In this document: in pieces, positions 48,791 to 54,791 of the stretch | Layout: each line of letters begins with the position of its first letter | How positions within the stretch are numbered: the first letter of the stretch is position 1 | Virus record (IMG/VR): IMGVR_UViG_3300042446_001590 | Span: 1-54,791 of that record | From: a virus | Lineage: Duplodnaviria > Caudoviricetes | Strand: one strand, 5' to 3' | Length of the DNA: 54,791 nucleotides | Translations under genes and position numbers: made by a program | Notes under the pieces: model-generated | The model's database searches: none | What the model saw: the letters and a program-made list of their open reading frames with translations, nothing else | What the model was told of the DNA's origin: nothing

Positions 48791-49221
48791 TGAAAGAGCA
48801 ATTAATAGACTGTCCTAGATGTGGATCAAATGCATGTTCTGAAATGTCGGATGGTAAAATTACTATTTGGCAATGTATGGGGTGTGGATTTACTTCTAAC
48901 TCATACCTAACAGAAGAATATTCAGTAAAATATAAAGAAGTATTACCTGAATTATACAAAGCATTAGAATTTATTGATGATAAAAAATTCCATTGGTACC
49001 CAACATCAGTAGTAATGGAAGATAAATCAATGATATTTGCTGAAGGTACATCAATAGAGGATTGGAAATGGGCTGTAGTTAAATCAAAAGAAGTAGCTGA
49101 AGCTGATAGAGAAAAATTTAAAGGTGCTACTCATGTTGCAGATATGACAACTAAAAAAGAATTTAATGAGAGAGATTTCATTGAAGCTTTAGATTATATT
49201 GGGTACTTTGAAAAGAAATAA
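48790..49221 (+). CDS. Zinc-ribbon domain protein
   Basis: CPRCG...CMGCG. Confidence 0.6.
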   Translation: MKEQLIDCPRCGSNACSEMSDGKITIWQCMGCGFTSNSYLTEEYSVKYKEVLPELYKALEFIDDKKFHWYPTSVVMEDKSMIFAEGTSIEDWKWAVVKSKEVAEADREKFKGATHVADMTTKKEFNERDFIEALDYIGYFEKK

Positions 49222-49223
49222 AC

Positions 49224-49847
49224 ATGAAAATCAGTTATGCAATAACAGTCAAGGACGAGCTAAGCGAAATTCAACGCTTAGTGAGTCTTTTATTGAACAA
49301 TAAACGTTCTCAAGATGAAATAGTTATTTTATTAGATGAGACAAACGGCTCTAAACAAGTAGAAGAATACCTCAGAACACATTCAGCGAATAGTGAATTT
49401 TTATGGATTGCAAAACCATTCTATAATCACTTTGCTGATTGGAAAAACACATTAGCTAGCCTATGTGATGGTGATTTTATATTCCAAATTGATGCTGATG
49501 AATATCCAAATGAACAGCTTATAGCTTTATTACCTGAATTACTAGAATCAAACCCCGATGTAGATCTATATTGGGTTCCTAGAATTAATACTGTAGAAGG
49601 CATTACTCCAGAACATATTAAACAATGGAGATGGAATGTAGATGAAAAAGGATGGGTTAATTTTCCTGATTATCAGTCTCGACTATACAGAAAAACTCAA
49701 AGCATAACTTGGGTTAATAAAGTTCATGAACAAATCAATGGTGCTCAAGTATTCACACACCTACCAGCAGAAGAGGAATTTTGCTTATACCACCCAAAAA
49801 CAATCGAAAGACAAGAAAAACAAAATAATTACTATAATACATTATGA
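49224..49847 (+). CDS. GT2-family glycosyltransferase
   Basis: 'IFQIDADE', 'VPRIN', 'PDYQ.R', 'W.NKVHE'. Confidence 0.88.
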   Translation: MKISYAITVKDELSEIQRLVSLLLNNKRSQDEIVILLDETNGSKQVEEYLRTHSANSEFLWIAKPFYNHFADWKNTLASLCDGDFIFQIDADEYPNEQLIALLPELLESNPDVDLYWVPRINTVEGITPEHIKQWRWNVDEKGWVNFPDYQSRLYRKTQSITWVNKVHEQINGAQVFTHLPAEEEFCLYHPKTIERQEKQNNYYNTL

Positions 49848-50248
49848 GTGATAGAAAATACCTACCAACATTAAGTGAATTAATTGACAGATTAAGTATC
49901 ACACAATTAAAAGAAGTGTTCATTACAGAACACAAAGCAGAATATGCTGATGAAATAGCTAACATCGTTCATGATATCCAGTTACATTTAAATGAGAGCC
50001 AAGAACCAATTACCGCTGATACAATCAGGGCAATTGTAGTGTTATCACAAATGAATTTACACATTTGGCACAATGAATCAAACGTTAGAAGTGGCAAATC
50101 GGGTCCAAATGCATTAGCATTAACTCATGGATTAAATGGTATTCGCAATACCGCTAAAAATCAAATCCAAGAAATAATGGGTGGTAGAAAAGACTACAAA
50201 ATTGATTGTTTAGCAGCCGATTTTAAAGATTGGGAAATTAGTTGGTAA
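49844..50248 (+). CDS. Helical hypothetical protein (DUF4254-like)
   Basis: 'SELIDRLSI.QLK', 'N..IWH.E', 'N..RN..KN.I'. Confidence 0.5.
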   Translation: MSDRKYLPTLSELIDRLSITQLKEVFITEHKAEYADEIANIVHDIQLHLNESQEPITADTIRAIVVLSQMNLHIWHNESNVRSGKSGPNALALTHGLNGIRNTAKNQIQEIMGGRKDYKIDCLAADFKDWEISW

Positions 50249-50249
50249 T

Positions 50250-51170
50250 ATGAAAAAGATAACAATTGAGAGTATTGAGGAAGTAGTTGGATTTTCAGTT
50301 AGTGATAGCTGTAAAATGTTAATTAATGAATTTGATTTAACATATAGAGAATTAACCCAACAAGAACGTGATGAGGTAATACTTAATACTATCGGCGTTT
50401 TAAACGATGATATAGAATATGCAGGAAAACATAAACTAGAAAAATGGGAAAAAGGCTGGTATGAAAATTTAGAATTACTTAAACAAGAAAAAAACACAAG
50501 TAGTTTAATTCCTAAGTATTTTGGAAAGTATGACATTGCTAGATGGAAAGGAGATTATGTTAAGTGTGAAACTGAATATTTTGATTATAAGTTACATGCT
50601 ATATTAGTTGATGCTATTCTTCATCATTATGTAGGAACCAAATATGATAATTTATTTGAATTTGGTTGTGGTCCTGCTTATCACTTATTGCGTTTTGGTA
50701 ATTTTAATAAAGATATCAATTTAGTAGGACTTGATTGGACAGTAGCATCTCAAAACATTATCAAAGAAATTAAAGCAGCAGGTATCAACGATAAAATTAC
50801 TGGTTACAATTTTAATTATTTTGAACCAGATTATAATGTTGATATCCCAGATAACTCAGCTATATTTACTTGTGCTTCATTAGAACAAATAGGAGAAAAT
50901 TATAAAGAGTTTGTAGATTATTTAATCGAAAAACAACCTGATTTATGTATCCATTTTGAACCTTCATCTGAATTATTAGATGAAAATGCTTTGATAGATA
51001 AACTTTCTATATTATATTTCAACAAAAGAAAATATTTAAAAGGATATTTAACTTATTTAAGGCAATTAGAACAAGAAAATAAAATTGAGATATTACACGC
51101 TCAAAGGCTATATGGTGGTTCTTACTTTATTGAAGGCTACCCAGTAATTATTTGGAAAGTAAAAAAGTAA
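50250..51170 (+). CDS. Class I SAM-dependent methyltransferase
   Basis: 'FEFGCG', 'GLDW', 'ASLEQI'. Confidence 0.8.
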   Translation: MKKITIESIEEVVGFSVSDSCKMLINEFDLTYRELTQQERDEVILNTIGVLNDDIEYAGKHKLEKWEKGWYENLELLKQEKNTSSLIPKYFGKYDIARWKGDYVKCETEYFDYKLHAILVDAILHHYVGTKYDNLFEFGCGPAYHLLRFGNFNKDINLVGLDWTVASQNIIKEIKAAGINDKITGYNFNYFEPDYNVDIPDNSAIFTCASLEQIGENYKEFVDYLIEKQPDLCIHFEPSSELLDENALIDKLSILYFNKRKYLKGYLTYLRQLEQENKIEILHAQRLYGGSYFIEGYPVIIWKVKK

Positions 51171-51174
51171 CATT

Positions 51175-52056
51175 ATGAATAATTTAATTGAACTAAGAAA
51201 AAAAGTATATGAGAATTTTCCTAAAGAAAATTTAAACTCATCATCAACGGATATTGTTTTATTTTATGATATTAATAACGATGATTATAATGCTTTAACT
51301 CAAGCAACACAGAATTTCTTATGTAAGTCTTTATCGTTAGTATATGATAGAGAATTTACGTGGACTGATACGTTTTTAGAGGATAATGATAAATTAATTA
51401 TGGATTTACCTAACAAAACCCCTAACGGTATTGTTAATCCAAAAAGTGAAACATCAGCTGAATTTGTAGAAATCCAAAAAGCAGTAAATAACATATTTAA
51501 TAATTTAGGGGTTTATAGTCATATTAGTAAATTAGCTATACCTAATATTAGATATAAAAGTAACAGTGAACCTGAAAGTGCTAAAGATCGTCCATACTAT
51601 ACTAGTAAAATACACTCAGATGCTTGGGTAGGACATAAAGGTGATTCTATATTTTTAATTGGTATCCTTGGTGATATTGATAATAATACAGTAGAGTTTA
51701 ATGAACCAATAGGAGTACATGATAATTATCTTCATAAAGCCGATAATTTTGATGAAGGTAATACTAGATATGAATCATTAAAGTATTTAGGTACATTAAC
51801 AAAACAAAAATTAGGAGTTATGGATCACGCTTGTGCCCATAGAACAATAGTAAAAGAAGGAAGTGGACCTAGAATTTCATTAGATATTGCTGTTTTAGTT
51901 AACAGTGAATACTCACATTCTAATGATAAAGGATTTGATGAAAATGCATACGCTTATTACGATGCTAATATTATTAATTCAGTAGGTGTAGATAAACAAT
52001 ATCAAGTTAACGAATCTATATTCAATTCAAACACAACTAAAGTTAATATAGTATAA
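51175..52056 (+). CDS. Putative 2OG-Fe(II) dioxygenase-fold protein
   Basis: HxD 'IHSDAW', distal His 'HRT', 'RISLD'. Confidence 0.55.
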   Translation: MNNLIELRKKVYENFPKENLNSSSTDIVLFYDINNDDYNALTQATQNFLCKSLSLVYDREFTWTDTFLEDNDKLIMDLPNKTPNGIVNPKSETSAEFVEIQKAVNNIFNNLGVYSHISKLAIPNIRYKSNSEPESAKDRPYYTSKIHSDAWVGHKGDSIFLIGILGDIDNNTVEFNEPIGVHDNYLHKADNFDEGNTRYESLKYLGTLTKQKLGVMDHACAHRTIVKEGSGPRISLDIAVLVNSEYSHSNDKGFDENAYAYYDANIINSVGVDKQYQVNESIFNSNTTKVNIV

Positions 52057-52931
52057 TGTTTAAATTTCACTCTAGGTTTGATCCAATATTTCATTTTTTA
52101 CAAGAACAATATAAAGATAAACCTTTTACAATATGGCATGAAACATTTCCTACTAGTATTGAGCAATTACAAGAAAATCCTTATAATTTTTTAATATTAG
52201 CAGAACCAAATGAATTTTTTGGTTTACATGATGCTGCTATCCATTATAAAGATAATTTTACTTGTATTTTAACTTGGAATGATTTAGTATTAAATAATTG
52301 TCATAATGCTGTTAGATTTACATTTAATGGAAGAGTATTAGATGATAATTTTATAGAGCAAATTAAAGATAAAGAAAAAACATTTGAAGTATCTTTTTTA
52401 TGTGGTGATAAAACATTAGTAGAAGGTCATCAACTTAGACATAAAGTATATACTGTAGGTGACAATATTACTATACCTAAAAAATGGTTTAAAGTATTAG
52501 ATGATTATGACCATGAAAATGGAGTTCGTCCTGGATATGGTACCTATGGTAAAGATTTATCTTTTATACCTGAAGGAGTAGATATTGTTGGATATGGTAA
52601 ACGAGTATTATATGAATCAATGTTTAATTTAGTAATTGAAAACGTTAAACATAACAATTGGTATAATAAAATAGGCGATACATTCCTAACCAAATCTATC
52701 CCAGTATATTGGGGTTGTCCTAATTTAAGTGAATTTGGGTATGATGAAAGAGGTATTATTAGATTCACTAATGAACAAGATTTACCTTATATCCTTAACT
52801 CATTAACACCAGAAGTGTATGAGCAAATGAAACCATACGTTGATTACAACTATGAAGTAGCTAAATTAGATCACGTTGAAACTAGAGCAACCCAATTTTT
52901 TGATAGTTTTATTCAATTAAATAACATATGA
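52056..52931 (+). CDS. GT10 (fucosyltransferase)-like protein
   Basis: 'FNLVIEN.....Y..KI...FL..SIPVYWG' resembles the GT10 motif. Confidence 0.65.
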   Translation: MFKFHSRFDPIFHFLQEQYKDKPFTIWHETFPTSIEQLQENPYNFLILAEPNEFFGLHDAAIHYKDNFTCILTWNDLVLNNCHNAVRFTFNGRVLDDNFIEQIKDKEKTFEVSFLCGDKTLVEGHQLRHKVYTVGDNITIPKKWFKVLDDYDHENGVRPGYGTYGKDLSFIPEGVDIVGYGKRVLYESMFNLVIENVKHNNWYNKIGDTFLTKSIPVYWGCPNLSEFGYDERGIIRFTNEQDLPYILNSLTPEVYEQMKPYVDYNYEVAKLDHVETRATQFFDSFIQLNNI

Positions 52932-53410
52932 TATTCCCTGAAGTAAAAATATTCCAACCAGATGTGTACACTGATTTTAGAGGTGATTTATGGACACTAT
53001 GGAATAAAGATAAATTTGAACCTCAATTAGATTTCAATCACGATAAAGTATCTACATCAAGAAAACACGTATTAAGAGGAATTCACGGTGATAGTAAATC
53101 ATGGAAATTAATTACTTGTTTATACGGTGAAATGTATTTTGTAGTAGTAGATAATAGACCTGAGTCTCTAAATTATTTAAAATGGGACTCATTGATTCTA
53201 GATGATAGAACAAGAAAATCAGTATTAGTACCTCCTCAATTTGGGAATGCATTTTTAGTACTTAGTGAAAATTCAGTATTCCATTATAAATGGGCATACC
53301 CAGGAGGATATCCAGATGTTGAAGATCAATTCACATTAAAATGGAATGATAGTAGATTAAATATTGATTGGCCTATTAGTAATCCACTATTACAGAAAAG
53401 AGATAAATAA
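52928..53410 (+). CDS. rmlC: dTDP-4-dehydrorhamnose 3,5-epimerase-like protein
   Basis: 'D.RG', 'S...VLRGIH', 'VVVDNR', 'VPP.FGN.F..LS', 'WND..LNIDWP'. Confidence 0.9.
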   Translation: MIFPEVKIFQPDVYTDFRGDLWTLWNKDKFEPQLDFNHDKVSTSRKHVLRGIHGDSKSWKLITCLYGEMYFVVVDNRPESLNYLKWDSLILDDRTRKSVLVPPQFGNAFLVLSENSVFHYKWAYPGGYPDVEDQFTLKWNDSRLNIDWPISNPLLQKRDK

Positions 53411-53412
53411 AC

Positions 53413-53443
53413 TTTGAAAATCAAAATAAATTACTTATATTTA
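53413..53443 (+). promoter_or_regulatory. Bacteroidota-type promoter ending 5 nt before ATG 53449
   Basis: TTTG 53413-53416, 19 nt, TATATTTA 53436-53443. Confidence 0.6.
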
Positions 53444-53448
53444 AAAAT

Positions 53449-54009
53449 ATGAAAAAAGCACTTATTATTACTTGGGAAAAATTCCAAGATCATGAATTAA
53501 TTTACCCTTATTACAGCTTAAAGGAAAACCAATACAGTGTAACTTTAATGGCTAATAAAGTAGGTAAAATTTGGGGTAGTTTAGGTACACACATGCCATG
53601 TGATGTTGAAACTTCAATTTTTGAAGACTCAACAGTAAGACAACAATATTTAAACGAATATGATGTTTTATTAATTCCAGGTGGTGTTAAAGCACTTGAA
53701 AAATTAAGACAAGAAAAAGGAGTATTAGAATTCGTTAAAGAATGGAATGCAGCTAATAAAACTATTTTCTCAGTTTGTAACGGAGCTCAATTATTGATTT
53801 CAGCTAAAATATTAGAAGGTAGAACACTTTCAGGTTACTATAGTATTGATGTTGATATTGAAAATGCAGGTGCTACTTATAGCAGAGGTCCTGTTGTAGT
53901 AGATGGTAATATTATTTCTTGTCCTCATTATGATTTTATGGGTGATTGGATGCGTATTGCATATGAAACACACGATGAAAGAAGTTACAATCCAGGAACT
54001 ATCATTTAA
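53449..54009 (+). CDS. DJ-1/PfpI family protein
   Basis: 'FQD.E', 'YDVLLIPGG', 'VCNGAQLL', 'VVVDGNIIS'. Confidence 0.9.
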   Translation: MKKALIITWEKFQDHELIYPYYSLKENQYSVTLMANKVGKIWGSLGTHMPCDVETSIFEDSTVRQQYLNEYDVLLIPGGVKALEKLRQEKGVLEFVKEWNAANKTIFSVCNGAQLLISAKILEGRTLSGYYSIDVDIENAGATYSRGPVVVDGNIISCPHYDFMGDWMRIAYETHDERSYNPGTII

Positions 54010-54689
54010 TGAAAAAAGATAATTACGATATTAATGTTGTAAAGAAACCTTGGGGTTATGAATATTTAGCTTATGAAAATGAGCATGTAGCCCTATGGTT
54101 TCTTCACATTAAATATACTCACTCAACGTCATTACATTGTCACCCTAAAAAAACTACAGGGTTAGTATTATTAGATGGTAAAGCTGAAGTATCATTCTTT
54201 AACCATACTAATAAATTAGCACCAGGTAATAAAGTAATGATTAGAAAAGGCTTATTTCATAGTACTAAAGCTACTGATGAAAAAGGAGCATTTGTATTTG
54301 AAATTGAAACTCCTGTAGACAAACAAGATTTAGTTAGATTTAGAGATAGCTATGGTCGTGAGGGTAAACCATACGAAGATAGTACTCATGAAATGCCTAA
54401 AGTAGAAGATTGTTTATGGATTACAGAACCAGATATTAACAATACAATTGATTATAACTTTGCTAATTGTACTCTATCCGTAAAAAGCATTACTGATGTG
54501 TCTTTATTTTTAGATATAGATGATTCATTAAATGTTATGTTTTTAAAAGGAGGAATCCAATCAGATTATGGTCAAAATGTAGCTAGTCCAGGTGATATAG
54601 TAGCAGCCAACACAATTAAACAATTGATTGAAGTATTTAATAAAATTGATCCACAAACCCTTATAATGATCATTAAAAACAATGGCTAA
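54009..54689 (+). CDS. Cupin domain protein (mannose-6-phosphate isomerase C-terminal-like)
   Basis: 'KPWGYE', 'TSLHCH..K', 'FH', 'EIETP...DLVRF.D.YGR'. Confidence 0.75.
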   Translation: MKKDNYDINVVKKPWGYEYLAYENEHVALWFLHIKYTHSTSLHCHPKKTTGLVLLDGKAEVSFFNHTNKLAPGNKVMIRKGLFHSTKATDEKGAFVFEIETPVDKQDLVRFRDSYGREGKPYEDSTHEMPKVEDCLWITEPDINNTIDYNFANCTLSVKSITDVSLFLDIDDSLNVMFLKGGIQSDYGQNVASPGDIVAANTIKQLIEVFNKIDPQTLIMIIKNNG

Positions 54690-54791
54690 TTTTTATCCAC
54701 CCGGTTTTGAACACGAAAAAAAGAACATAGCTATCGATTTCGATGGTGTTATCCACAATGCAGATAAAGGATGGGGAGATGGTACCTGTTA
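54682..54791 (+). CDS. HAD-superfamily phosphatase (3'-truncated by window edge)
   Basis: MANFYPPGFEHEKKNIAIDFDGVIH... has the DxDG HAD motif I. Confidence 0.65.
   Translation, partial: MANFYPPGFEHEKKNIAIDFDGVIHNADKGWGDGTC

Noticed and set aside
16-52768. Minus-strand ORFs in the track (e.g. 40654-41331, 2625-2993, 45353-45736)
   Set aside because: They lie antisense to well-supported + strand genes and show no recognisable motifs
1-54791. Stop-codon reassignment
   Set aside because: Known genes are full length in the standard code and end in TAA, TAG or TGA with tight packing
1-54791. Diversity-generating retroelement, introns, inteins, integrase or tRNA genes
   Set aside because: No reverse transcriptase, template/variable repeat pair, interrupted polB, nrdJ or helicase, integrase or cloverleaf was recognised, and intergenic gaps are short; not checked computationally
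39604-54791. Bacterial chromosomal contamination (groESL, glycosyltransferases, rmlC)
   Set aside because: These genes are interleaved with phage clamp loader and Cas4-like genes and share the same strand, composition and promoter motifs

Overview
AT-rich fragment of a large lytic tailed dsDNA phage with a contractile tail (myovirus). Every credible gene is on the + strand and uses the standard code. A Bacteroidota host is inferred from about ten TTTG-N19/20-TAnnTT(T/C)A promoters and the absence of Shine-Dalgarno motifs. Layout: S74-chaperone tail fibre and small genes (1-3.6 kb); tail/baseplate module (3.6-16.1 kb); replication and recombination genes (divergent family-A polymerase, SSB, UvsX, 5'-3' exonuclease, helicase, thioredoxin, class II RNR; 16.1-25.4 kb); a 7-deazaguanine cluster (queD, TGT/DpdA-like, glycosyltransferase, queC, queE, HPRT-like PRTase, folE, dUTPase-like; 25.4-31.8 kb); fibre/adhesin genes (31.9-36.2 kb); family-B polymerase, clamp, GroES/GroEL, clamp loader and nucleases (36.2-46 kb); and a glycosylation/sugar-modification cluster (46-54.8 kb). 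Most notable: (1) a purine PRTase inside the deazaguanine cluster, beside a QueC lacking its zinc cysteines, suggesting a pre-replicative route to modified guanine; (2) an unannotated +1/-2 frameshift ORF upstream of the tape measure gene; (3) apparently leaderless polB, clamp and clamp-loader transcripts; (4) two polymerase families; (5) a candidate ATATTTAT late promoter. All calls are by-eye motif recognition; no searches were run.
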